From positions 1 through 32,122 of IMG/VR virus record IMGVR_UViG_3300028925_012725: a DNA stretch of 32,122 bases; one strand, written 5' to 3'. Source of the DNA: a virus (Duplodnaviria > Caudoviricetes). A model generated the notes under the pieces. The model was not told the origin of the DNA, searched no databases, and was given only the letters and a program-made list of their open reading frames with translations. Made by a program: the position numbers and the translations under genes. How positions within the stretch are numbered: the stretch's first letter is position 1; each line of letters opens with the position of its first letter. Below are positions 1 through 8,690 of this stretch, piece after piece.

Positions 1-1788
1 TACGCATACTGGTTAGATCAATCTGGCAACAACAATGATTGGACAAGCGAGGGTGGCCTGACTGAATCTGATGTGATGGTTGACAGCCCGACCAATAACT
101 TTGCAATTTGGAATCCTTTAAACTTACCAGCCGCAGCAGTTTTATCAGAAGGTAACACTAAATTAACGCAAACCTCAAACGACAGAGGTGGTGCTGGTAA
201 TATGGCTATTTCGTCTGGTAAGTTTTATTTTGAGATTTATTATACGGCTGGGAGTAACCCTGAAATTGGTCTAGCACCAATCTCGCAGAGCTACGCTAAT
301 TCAGGAGCAACAAACTCTACAGATAAATTCTTGTTTATTTCAAATAATGGTGGAGTTAGAACGCCAGCTTGGACAGCTACTAGCGCAACTGGATTGTCTA
401 GTCAAACAGGTATAAGCGTCATCGGTTTTGCTATAGATGCTGATGCTGGCAAAGCATGGTTTACAAATGCTAGTGGTACTTATTTTAACAGTGGTAATCC
501 TGCAACTGGTTCAAACCCACAAGCAACTTTTGATTCGGATTGGCTCACTCAAACAGGCGGTGGTATCGTTCCGTTTGCTGGTATTTACACTGGCACAGGA
601 TCAGATATAAGAATTAACTTTGGCTCTGACTCAAGTTTTGCAGGAGCGAAAACCCCACAAGGCAAACAAGACTCAGGTGGAATTGGTGACTTTTTTTACC
701 AGCCCCCGTCTGGCTTCTTAGCGTTATGTACAAGCAACCTTCCATCGGTTGATGTGATACCTAGTGAGCATTTTAATACTGTGCTTTATACGGGCACACG
801 GCAAAATAAAGTAATTTCTGGAGTAGGCTTTCAGCCCGATTTTATTTGGCTTAAAACCAGATCAACAACCAGTAATCATGTAAGTGTTGATAGCGTCCGT
901 GGAGGTGGTAAAGCAATCCAGCCTAATACTGTTTCTACTGAAAATCAATATGGCGCACAAGATGATAAAGTTACAGCATTTAGTTCTGACGGATTTAGCC
1001 TTGGGGTCGATGCTGCTGGTTATGGATTCAACGATAATAATGCTACCTATGCAGCATGGAACTGGAAAGCTGGCGGTTCAGCCTCATCTAACACCAACGG
1101 CACAATCACTTCTAGTGTGTCTGCTAACCCTAGTGCTGGCTTTAGTATTGTTAGTTATACGGGTACGGGTGCTAACGCCACAGTGGGACATGGTCTGGCA
1201 TCTGCGCCTGAGATGCTAATTGTTAAGAATCGTAATGTCACAGACGTTTGGTTAGTTTATCACGATGGACTAGCCAGCGATCCTCAAACAGACTTTATAA
1301 TTTTAGATCGTTCAGATGCAAAGGGAGATACAAACACAGCGTGGAATGATACGGCCCCAACATCAACTGTATTTAATTTAGGAAGTTTGGCTGATGTAAA
1401 CAGAAGCAGCAGTAACCTAATAGCCTACTGCTTCCACAGCGTTGACGGCTACTCGAAGGTCGGTTCATTTGTTGGAACTGGAGGCTCTGGCGTGGTTGAT
1501 GGTGCGTTTATAAATTTAGGATTTAGGCCAGCTATGGTTTTAGTCAAAAGCATTGCAGCGGCAGACTGGAATATATTTGATAATCGAAGATCAGGGTATA
1601 ACAGTTCAAGTTACATTTTATTGCCAAACAGTAGTGCGGCAGAGGATGCGTCAAACCCTGTATTCCTAGACCTTTTATCTAATGGCTTCAAGTGGCGATT
1701 CGCCAATGCAGATTTTAACGCCTCTGGTGTTACATACATATTTTATGCAATAGCAGAAATGCCATTTAAACATTCAAACGCCCGATAA
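1..1788 (+). CDS. Tail fibre / receptor-binding protein with SPRY/ConA-like beta-sandwich domains (5' truncated)
   Basis: Frame is open from base 1 (YAYWLDQSGNNNDW...), so the true start lies upstream. Gly/Ser/Thr/Asn-rich; SSGKFYFE, GFQPDFIWLK and YIFYAIAE segments resemble marine phage tail proteins. Lies upstream of lysis genes. Confidence 0.75.
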   Translation, partial: YAYWLDQSGNNNDWTSEGGLTESDVMVDSPTNNFAIWNPLNLPAAAVLSEGNTKLTQTSNDRGGAGNMAISSGKFYFEIYYTAGSNPEIGLAPISQSYANSGATNSTDKFLFISNNGGVRTPAWTATSATGLSSQTGISVIGFAIDADAGKAWFTNASGTYFNSGNPATGSNPQATFDSDWLTQTGGGIVPFAGIYTGTGSDIRINFGSDSSFAGAKTPQGKQDSGGIGDFFYQPPSGFLALCTSNLPSVDVIPSEHFNTVLYTGTRQNKVISGVGFQPDFIWLKTRSTTSNHVSVDSVRGGGKAIQPNTVSTENQYGAQDDKVTAFSSDGFSLGVDAAGYGFNDNNATYAAWNWKAGGSASSNTNGTITSSVSANPSAGFSIVSYTGTGANATVGHGLASAPEMLIVKNRNVTDVWLVYHDGLASDPQTDFIILDRSDAKGDTNTAWNDTAPTSTVFNLGSLADVNRSSSNLIAYCFHSVDGYSKVGSFVGTGGSGVVDGAFINLGFRPAMVLVKSIAAADWNIFDNRRSGYNSSSYILLPNSSAAEDASNPVFLDLLSNGFKWRFANADFNASGVTYIFYAIAEMPFKHSNAR

Positions 1789-1818
1789 CATGGCAATCAC
1801 AATTTAGGAGAATACACT

Positions 1819-2442
1819 ATGTGGTTCGTTGGAAATACAGAAGCAGGATTTGTAGTAAACAAGGCCAGAGGTTTAACGATTGGAGATACCCAGTATCCCC
1901 GCAATATCTTTGTACTCTGGTCAAAAGAAGAACTAGCTGCCATTGGCATTAAGCCTTACAGCGAGACTAGACTTGACCAAAGGTATTACAACCAAGGCGC
2001 ATTAACTCGCACTGAAGTTGATGGTGAAATATTAGGCACTTATGCAGCCATTGATAAAGATGTGGCAACACTCAAGACTAATATGCTAGCCACAGTTAAA
2101 TCAGTAGCTGGCTCATTGCAGGGCAGTGTAGATTGGTACTGGAGCAGAGCAGCTAAAGGTGGCACAGCAGTACCATCAGCTATAGCTACTCACGCCACCG
2201 CAATCTATACAGAAATGGATACTAAAGAAAGTGCCATTGCTGCTTTGTCTGACTTGGCGGCTGTCATTGTTTATCAGAATACGCCTATGGTTGAGACTCG
2301 CAAAGTTAAACACACAGCAGACGATGGTACAGAAACCTATGGCCCTCAAACCTATACAGTTAATCGTAGTATCGATAATACAACACATGGTTGGCCAAGC
2401 CTGGAAGTGGACCCTGCATTTGTAAGTTTAGTTGATGCTTAG
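1819..2442 (+). CDS. Putative tail fibre-associated / assembly protein
   Basis: SD AGGAG upstream; directly follows the fibre gene; QYPRNIF-LWSKEELAAIGI and DWY motifs are typical of fibre-adjacent proteins. Confidence 0.55.
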   Translation: MWFVGNTEAGFVVNKARGLTIGDTQYPRNIFVLWSKEELAAIGIKPYSETRLDQRYYNQGALTRTEVDGEILGTYAAIDKDVATLKTNMLATVKSVAGSLQGSVDWYWSRAAKGGTAVPSAIATHATAIYTEMDTKESAIAALSDLAAVIVYQNTPMVETRKVKHTADDGTETYGPQTYTVNRSIDNTTHGWPSLEVDPAFVSLVDA

Positions 2443-2630
2443 TGTGGGCAACGTCACTTGAACTTTACCCTGTTCATGTTTCGCCTGCTCAAGCACCCGC
2501 AAGCGGAATATATACAGTAAAGGCACTTGGCGTTGAGTATCAGTTACAGGATTACATGGTCGTGCAACCGTCAAGAAAACCTTATGAAATAACTCTGGAA
2601 CTTTATTCACGGAGGTTATGGGTATGCTAG
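2442..2630 (+). CDS. Hypothetical protein (62 aa)
   Basis: GTG start overlaps the upstream TAG; fills the gap in the operon. Confidence 0.5.
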   Translation: MWATSLELYPVHVSPAQAPASGIYTVKALGVEYQLQDYMVVQPSRKPYEITLELYSRRLWVC

Positions 2631-3055
2631 CAGAACTAGCCATTGCTAATGCAGCTTTTCAAGTGATAAAGCAAACACTCAGTAATGGTGGGGAATTGCT
2701 ATCGGCTGGTAAAGCCGTAGGTGAGTATTTTGGTGCTGAAAAGGCCATAGCCAAGCAAGTTGAGGCTGGTACGGGTAATGTACTTGAAGCATTCCAGGCT
2801 AAAGAGCAGTTAAGGATTCAGGAAGAAGAACTGAAATATATGCTTAATAAACAAAGACTGCAGGGGTACAGTGATTTTTTAGCGTTTAAACAACAATACA
2901 CGAGGGATCTACGCGAAGCTGAAAAAGAAAAAGCGCGTCAAAAATATAAGCGTCAGCAAGCGATTGAAGAAAATGTTACAGTTGCCCTTAAAGCAATGGG
3001 CATTGTACTCGTAATTATGGCAGCAGCATTTGGTGTTGCACTCTACTTGAGATAG
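2618..3055 (+). CDS. Coiled-coil membrane protein with C-terminal TM helix
   Basis: GGAGG SD; charged helical middle; hydrophobic C-terminus GIVLVIMAAAFGVALYLR. Start may be 2624. Confidence 0.65.
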   Translation: MGMLAELAIANAAFQVIKQTLSNGGELLSAGKAVGEYFGAEKAIAKQVEAGTGNVLEAFQAKEQLRIQEEELKYMLNKQRLQGYSDFLAFKQQYTRDLREAEKEKARQKYKRQQAIEENVTVALKAMGIVLVIMAAAFGVALYLR

Positions 3056-3060
3056 ATAAA

Positions 3061-3333
3061 ATGGAAGCTGACATAAGGTTTGATAGACTTGAGGCCAAGT
3101 TAGATAAACTGGCCGAGGCGATGGTGAAGCTGGTGGAAATAGATACAAAGATTGATGGCCTGTTGTTTCATAACGAGACACAAGACAGACGACTTAATAA
3201 GCATAGTGACAACATAGATCAACACGCCATAAAACTGGCATTAGTTGGTAAAGCTAGCGGTGCTAATGAATGGTTTATAAGATTATTAATAGCTGCCTTA
3301 GTTGGCGGTGCGGTTATAATGTTTAGGAGTTAG
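3061..3333 (+). CDS. Holin-like (XhlA-like) coiled-coil plus TM protein
   Basis: Heptad-rich N-terminus and a single C-terminal TM (WFIRLLIAALVGGAVIMF), immediately upstream of the endolysin. Confidence 0.55.
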   Translation: MEADIRFDRLEAKLDKLAEAMVKLVEIDTKIDGLLFHNETQDRRLNKHSDNIDQHAIKLALVGKASGANEWFIRLLIAALVGGAVIMFRS

Positions 3334-3335
3334 GC

Positions 3336-3722
3336 ATGTTTAAACTAGGCAAAAATAGTATAAATAATTTGGTAGGCGTGGATGGAAGACTCATTGATAT
3401 TGCAGACCTCGCTATTACGATTAGCCCTATTGATTTTGGTATTCCCTCTACTGGTGGGCTTCGCACTACCGACCAGCAAGCCAAATTGTTCGCTGATGGC
3501 GTGTCAAAAACAGACGGGGTTAATAATAAGTCATATCACCAAAGTGGGAAGGCCGTTGATCTGTATGCGTATGTTGACGGGAAGGCTAGTTGGGACAAAC
3601 TTCATCTTAGTGTTTGTGCCGCAGCCATGTTACAAGCCTCGGCCCAACTAGGCTATGAGCTTAAGTGGGGTGGTTTATGGAAATCATGGCAAGATTATCC
3701 ACATTTTGAAATCAAGGATTAA
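3336..3722 (+). CDS. Endolysin, peptidase M15 family (L-Ala-D-Glu peptidase-like)
   Basis: GLRT..QQ..L, SYH..G.AVD and WGG.W...DYPHFE zinc-peptidase motifs; AGGAG SD. Confidence 0.9.
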   Translation: MFKLGKNSINNLVGVDGRLIDIADLAITISPIDFGIPSTGGLRTTDQQAKLFADGVSKTDGVNNKSYHQSGKAVDLYAYVDGKASWDKLHLSVCAAAMLQASAQLGYELKWGGLWKSWQDYPHFEIKD

Positions 3723-3724
3723 TT

Positions 3725-4165
3725 ATGAGCTTTTTAAGTTTCTTAAATCCAATAGCCAGTTTAGGTAGCACATACCTTGAAGGTAAGAACCAAGTAGCCA
3801 AAGCTAAGTCAGCGGCAGCTATTATAGCTATTGAAGCCGATGCAGACGTTAAGGTAGCAGGAGCTAAAGCAGCACACAAACTAGCAGATAATGGACAAAC
3901 CCAGGACTACAATCTAGACTACATAGCCATGCAGCAAATGGATAAAAGTTATGTAGATGATATCATGATAGCTTTGTTGTTGGTCCCGGTGGGAGCGTCA
4001 TTTTTAGGGTATCAAGCTGAGGTTACAGCAGCATTTGAATCTTTTGCTGCTATGCCCGAATGGTATCAATACTTGATAATTGGCGTATATGTGGTTAAAT
4101 TCGGGTTGAGGGGTTTGCTCACCAAATTGGTGTCTGGCAAGCTGGGTGGAATTAAGTTAAAATAG
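3725..4165 (+). CDS. Holin (3TM / GTA-holin-like)
   Basis: Follows the endolysin; SYVDD, hydrophobic helices, MPEWYQYLI...FGLR motif, basic C-terminus. Confidence 0.65.
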   Translation: MSFLSFLNPIASLGSTYLEGKNQVAKAKSAAAIIAIEADADVKVAGAKAAHKLADNGQTQDYNLDYIAMQQMDKSYVDDIMIALLLVPVGASFLGYQAEVTAAFESFAAMPEWYQYLIIGVYVVKFGLRGLLTKLVSGKLGGIKLK

Positions 4166-4166
4166 T

Positions 4167-4562
4167 TTAATCTGATTCGGAACTGTCTGTGGGCCATGGG
4201 TATGCTTGGCTGAGGGTCTGAGGTTGGACCCCATATTTTTCGGCCAGCATTAAGGCGTTTACAGCTACATGATATAAATGGTCCAGGCCCGATTCCGGGT
4301 CTGCCCTCTCCCCGTTTTCACTTGCCATTAAATGGCGATTCATTGAATCTATAATTGAAAGCCTGGCGTATCTGGTGTTACTATCACCCTTCCACTCCCC
4401 CCTAGTGTATTTGCCCTCTCCCATCATCAAAGTGCGGCAGATTCCTTCCATTCCGTTTGGAAATTCGTACATATAGTTTAAGGCTGGTTTGTCTTCAAGC
4501 CAATGGCGAGGTCTTGGGGTGTCGGCAACGACGGCCAAATTTTCACTGCTGTTGTTTCCCAT
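4167..4562 (-). CDS. dATP/dGTP diphosphohydrolase (DUF5664-like, MazG-like fold)
   Basis: DKP...GEGKY...W...DSMNRHL...GE.ADPESGLDHLYHVAVNALML matches the family pattern; AAAGAGGA SD upstream; last gene of the purZ-datZ operon. Confidence 0.75.
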   Translation of the reverse strand: MGNNSSENLAVVADTPRPRHWLEDKPALNYMYEFPNGMEGICRTLMMGEGKYTRGEWKGDSNTRYARLSIIDSMNRHLMASENGERADPESGLDHLYHVAVNALMLAEKYGVQPQTLSQAYPWPTDSSESD

Positions 4563-4879
4563 TGTGTTTTTTCCTCTTTATTCATATATATTACATGTTG
4601 GTAATGTTTACCTGCTATGAGGTAAACCTTTTCTATACTATAAACCAGAATCCAGGGATTCCCTCCGGCTTTAATCCTCTGCTTGAACCACAGTATTTGT
4701 GATTGTCTTAAGCCCCTACTGCTGCAGACTTTAAGTTCAATGTGACCCGATATACCATCTATGCAAAAATCTACGTCTGGTATGCCTGGGCTCGTGGCGT
4801 GGGATTCGACAGACGAAGCATGGCCGCCTACCTTTCTAATAGCGGTTACTGCCCATTTTCGAAATTGAGACTCATTCAA
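4478..4879 (-). CDS. VRR-NUC / PD-(D/E)xK nuclease (putative resolvase)
   Basis: N-terminal ESQF, GIPD, IELK and L..SQ..W motifs; ATGA overlap with datZ. Confidence 0.8.
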   Translation of the reverse strand: MNESQFRKWAVTAIRKVGGHASSVESHATSPGIPDVDFCIDGISGHIELKVCSSRGLRQSQILWFKQRIKAGGNPWILVYSIEKVYLIAGKHYQHVIYMNKEEKTQWETTAVKIWPSLPTPQDLAIGLKTNQP

Positions 4880-5385
4880 AATACAAAGTCTGCCTGTTTA
4901 ATTTCTTCTACTACGTCCCGTATTTGGCCCAATTCATCGATGCTAAAAGTGGCTTCGACATAAGCTTCCATCTTTTCACCTATATCAGCTTCAACGGTAA
5001 GAGCATGCATACCAACTGCATTTTCTTCCATAAATGACATTGCTTCAATATAATCCGAGACTTTAACTATCCTTGTAACCCACTCCAGACCCGAACATTG
5101 ATATGGAACATTTATGCCGTTATTGTTCAGGTCCACTCCTTGTGCCTTGGCCCTGATTTTAGTGGGGGTAGGAATGTCCCCGGTGATTACTTCGTCTAAA
5201 TCGTGGACCAAGCCAGCCAACATTACGGTCTTAACATCATCTTCATCATAACCCATTTCAATGGCGATTCTTCTTGCTATCATGGCCACGTTGAACGAGT
5301 GTTCAGCTATGCTCTGGTTCTTGATAGTATGGACTATATGAAACCGCTTGACGTGTTGGGCCCTAAGCATATCGTTAATTCTCAC
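4876..5385 (-). CDS. datZ: HD-domain dATP triphosphohydrolase DatZ
   Basis: VKRFH, QSIAEHSF, VHDLDEVITGDIPTPTK and VKVSDYIEA motifs; immediately downstream of purZ. Confidence 0.88.
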   Translation of the reverse strand: MRINDMLRAQHVKRFHIVHTIKNQSIAEHSFNVAMIARRIAIEMGYDEDDVKTVMLAGLVHDLDEVITGDIPTPTKIRAKAQGVDLNNNGINVPYQCSGLEWVTRIVKVSDYIEAMSFMEENAVGMHALTVEADIGEKMEAYVEATFSIDELGQIRDVVEEIKQADFVF

Positions 5386-6409
5386 AGGTTATATCTCCCT
5401 CTGCAGCACCCCACCCGGTGTAGGTAACTTGTGACCCGGAAGGTCCAAAGGTGTCTAGGTCCGAGTTTGTCTGGACTACTATTTCCTCAGCTAAATCGGG
5501 GTCGTAATTACAGAAATTCAGGAATATATCAGTGGGCTGGCAGGCCATGATAGCTTCTCGCATTTGGACCCGGCTGAATGTAAACACCCTTCTCTCTCTT
5601 CCGGTTACAGTGGTAGTCTCCGGCACTTCGCCTAGCTCCAGCCACGATGTCTCCTCTTGGTCCTCATAGTGTCCGCCACTAAAACCATCCGGTGTGTTCC
5701 CAACTCTTATGGGGTGGACCCTAGCTGTCCCAATCACTTTATCGGCCCAGCTGAAAGGAATAGCACAATCTGACAAAAACCGGGTGGGGGTGCAATCACG
5801 GCTGGTGCAGTATGGCCAGAATCCAGAATTGACACCTAGACTATATCCTTGAGCACCCTCTAGGAGTATCCTATGGGCCTTATACATGATGTTAATCCAT
5901 TCAGCGTGGGTAACTACATACTTAGCAAATCCGGTTTTAGCTAGAGCGGATATGGCCAGTGGGCTGTCCTCTTTTTGGCGCATTATCTTTTGGACCATCG
6001 CAGCTGCGCTTCCTTGCATTGTAGAAGCAATCCCACTAAGCATAGCTCGCTCGGTCTCTGCGTGTTTTTCAGATAGTACGACAGATGCTTCGTGTATTAT
6101 CAGACGTTTGCCCTTCATTATGTCTTTAGATTCGGTTAGCTCTTTGGTAAGGCGGTCCAAGCTGAATACTGAGCCTGGACCCAGGCCTATAGTCTTAACA
6201 GAGTCAGCCACAAAACCGTTTGGCAGGACTTTATGAATCCAAGTGCGCCCGGTGTCGTCTATGAATGTATGGCCAGCGTTTGGCATATTGGCGTTTATCA
6301 CCACATCATAGCCTCCCCTTTTGGCCAAATATCCGGCTATTAAGCCTTTCCCGGTGGAGCCAAATTGAAGGTCCACTATTACATCTACTTTTTTATCCAT
6401 CATCATCAT
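5375..6409 (-). CDS. purZ: N6-succino-2-amino-2'-deoxyadenylate synthase PurZ
   Basis: PurA fold with DLQFGSTGKG (Ser replacing the PurA catalytic Asp of GDEGKG), NAGHT, EGAQG, PYCTSR, TTVTGRERRV and C-terminal FLNFCNY in place of PurA TKLD; 344 aa. Confidence 0.95.
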   Translation of the reverse strand: MMMMDKKVDVIVDLQFGSTGKGLIAGYLAKRGGYDVVINANMPNAGHTFIDDTGRTWIHKVLPNGFVADSVKTIGLGPGSVFSLDRLTKELTESKDIMKGKRLIIHEASVVLSEKHAETERAMLSGIASTMQGSAAAMVQKIMRQKEDSPLAISALAKTGFAKYVVTHAEWINIMYKAHRILLEGAQGYSLGVNSGFWPYCTSRDCTPTRFLSDCAIPFSWADKVIGTARVHPIRVGNTPDGFSGGHYEDQEETSWLELGEVPETTTVTGRERRVFTFSRVQMREAIMACQPTDIFLNFCNYDPDLAEEIVVQTNSDLDTFGPSGSQVTYTGWGAAEGDITCEN

Positions 6410-8690
6410 TATCTTCCCTTAGGTTCATGTTATGCAATTGCTTCATTGACTCTATCAGATTTTCTAATAGAGGCACTTCCACCGCAGGAACTCTTCCTCC
6501 ACCCGGTAGTCTTTTCTTTGTGGGCCTGAAACCCATTTTCTTCAGTTCTTTGAAAAAAATCATCATGTGGTCAGAATGTCTATTTCGCTTTGAACACCAT
6601 TCACTGTAATCTTCATATAAATCCTTCTTTTGGACTTTAGTTGGCCATCCTTCTGTGTCGTCAAGACAGGGGGCTTTCATTGACTCGTTTATGCAAAGCA
6701 TGGAAATCCAATTTGCTGTTGTCTCTGAAGACATCGACATATCTCTCTGGTCTTGCAATGCTTCCGTATGTGGGGCTATTCTTAAATCGCTGGTTATTTT
6801 CCTATTTAGGAAGAAATTAAGAACTTTCCCGTGTCCACCTTGGTCAAAGAAGGTTTTTATATTCTTAAAATAAGGTATGTTGCCCTTTTTATTGGGACTA
6901 ACATCGGTTACATACCAACGCCTGGAATCTGTTCCAGCGGGGATAACCCACTTAGAATTAGATGCTATAAACATATGTATCATATTTCGGAAGCTCTGGG
7001 CATCTACGCCTTTGCGCTCACAAACAAGAAACCTCTCGGTCACTAAGCCTTTGAGTTTGCCTGATGTCTTTTTATTACCACCCCAAGTGATCTCGTCTGC
7101 AAATACCAAGACGGCATCCATCATAAATGCATTGAAATTGCTGGTTAGGTGGGCGTCATCAATGAGGTGGATATAGTGGCTCCCAAGTAGCTCACCTATT
7201 GTGTTGGCAAGTGTACCCTTTCCTGTTCCTTCCCCTCCCCTCATTACAATTGCAGTGCCTTTGGGGTCCTGTGGGTTTTGGAACATATCGGCTATCCAGT
7301 CTAATACCCACTTACTTTCATCTTCATTCCCATTACATATTATGTCCTTGATGTGGTCAATGAAAACATCGCAATCCCCCGGTTCAGGCTTTGCTGAGAA
7401 TCCTTCCCAAGTGTTATAATATCCACCGGGTGCTCCCTCTGGAAACAGGCCGATTCCGTTTGGGTAAGTTCGCCTGGCTTCACTCGCCAGCCATATCTTA
7501 GCCACTGATATCTTTTTCCCGGTCTCCTCGTCTATTACCACCCTATCGTTCTCTAGGTATGCCTCAAACGAAGACTTGTCCATTAAGTCATAACGGGCCA
7601 TATGAGCTTCGGCCGCATGAGTCTTCTTCCTTTCCCGGATGATTTTAGCTTTGCCACCAACTACAGTAAAACCATATTCAGCGTTGACTCGCTCAATTTC
7701 CCCGTGAATTCTACCCATGTGGACGTCATCGGGTTCGGGCTTCCACCCACTCTCATTTGACATGTAAAACAGGGAGCCCATTCTGACAGTACCAAAATCG
7801 CTGAAACCATCCCAGCGTATGCGACATTCGTTTTTTTCATATCTGTAGCCCTGTGATGACCAGTCATCCCACAACTCAAAACCGTCCTCGTCCGGATATT
7901 GAGATTTGATGGCCATACCAACCCGTATCCACTCATCATAACTAGCATCATCGATAGCAATAGATTCCATCATCCGGGTGATCTGGTCGAGGGGAACTTT
8001 CTTTTCGAAATCATCAACGTTGACATTCTCATTGCCCCGGCCGTTCCCGGTGATTTCGCCCCTTGGTTTTGACCAAGAGATTCCCATCTTTTCCACCACC
8101 CAATGGGGAATACTGGGTAGTGGTCCTGATGTCACCCATTTGTAGCCAATTCCGTTTATCATTGAAGGCCAGGCTACAATATGTCCCTTGCAAGCTGTCT
8201 TGCTGCCACCTCTAGTGTCGATGGCAGGGCCGATTTTGTTAGTACTATTAGTAGCGTTTTCCTGCCACCTAAATAGATAATGAAACCCCCCATTTGGGGT
8301 GGCTTGGCAGGGGCCTATTGGAAGCTCGCTGTGCTTGGCTTCAAGGTCCTTCAAGGTTTGAACTCCGTCCTCTTCACCGTGGCGGTCCACATCTACTACA
8401 AACACACCATTCTCACGCCCGGTGGCGATTCCAATGTTATATCCAGCAAATTTGCCCTTTGTGGGGTGGAACCACTTCTCAATCACCCGGTGACTATTGG
8501 AGGCAGTAGAGTAGTTTACCCCTTTATTGGCTTCTGGCAGCTTCTTTTCATTTTTGGTTAAGGGGACTACATAAAAACCTGCTTTGATGTATTCCAAAGC
8601 TGCCATGTAGAGTTTCTGTTCATAGGACTCCAAATTGGAAATATCTTCTAGACTTCTCAGGTCCAGGACTGTGTGTTCAGTTGCTTCCAC
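6393..8690 (-). CDS. Primase-polymerase (AEP) / PriCT / SF3-type helicase fusion
   Basis: YNIGIATG, VVDVD, TPNGGFHYLF (Prim-Pol); YDEWIRVGMAI...WDDWS (PriCT-2); Walker A GGEGTGKG and Walker B VFADE. Start placed at GTG 8690, which has a GGGAGAG SD and overlaps the polymerase stop. Confidence 0.9.
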   Translation of the reverse strand: MEATEHTVLDLRSLEDISNLESYEQKLYMAALEYIKAGFYVVPLTKNEKKLPEANKGVNYSTASNSHRVIEKWFHPTKGKFAGYNIGIATGRENGVFVVDVDRHGEEDGVQTLKDLEAKHSELPIGPCQATPNGGFHYLFRWQENATNSTNKIGPAIDTRGGSKTACKGHIVAWPSMINGIGYKWVTSGPLPSIPHWVVEKMGISWSKPRGEITGNGRGNENVNVDDFEKKVPLDQITRMMESIAIDDASYDEWIRVGMAIKSQYPDEDGFELWDDWSSQGYRYEKNECRIRWDGFSDFGTVRMGSLFYMSNESGWKPEPDDVHMGRIHGEIERVNAEYGFTVVGGKAKIIRERKKTHAAEAHMARYDLMDKSSFEAYLENDRVVIDEETGKKISVAKIWLASEARRTYPNGIGLFPEGAPGGYYNTWEGFSAKPEPGDCDVFIDHIKDIICNGNEDESKWVLDWIADMFQNPQDPKGTAIVMRGGEGTGKGTLANTIGELLGSHYIHLIDDAHLTSNFNAFMMDAVLVFADEITWGGNKKTSGKLKGLVTERFLVCERKGVDAQSFRNMIHMFIASNSKWVIPAGTDSRRWYVTDVSPNKKGNIPYFKNIKTFFDQGGHGKVLNFFLNRKITSDLRIAPHTEALQDQRDMSMSSETTANWISMLCINESMKAPCLDDTEGWPTKVQKKDLYEDYSEWCSKRNRHSDHMMIFFKELKKMGFRPTKKRLPGGGRVPAVEVPLLENLIESMKQLHNMNLREDNDDDG

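Noticed and set aside
3292-3320. Promoter before the endolysin (TATAAT at 3315-3320)
   Set aside because: No TG extension and no convincing -35 box; lies inside a CDS.
4150-4185. Bidirectional terminator at the convergent gene junction
   Set aside because: The stop codons are 1 nt apart and I see no clear hairpin with a U-tract.
5375-6409. Ordinary adenylosuccinate synthetase purA as an auxiliary metabolic gene
   Set aside because: Has GSTGKG rather than GDEGKG and NFCN rather than TKLD, and sits beside datZ.
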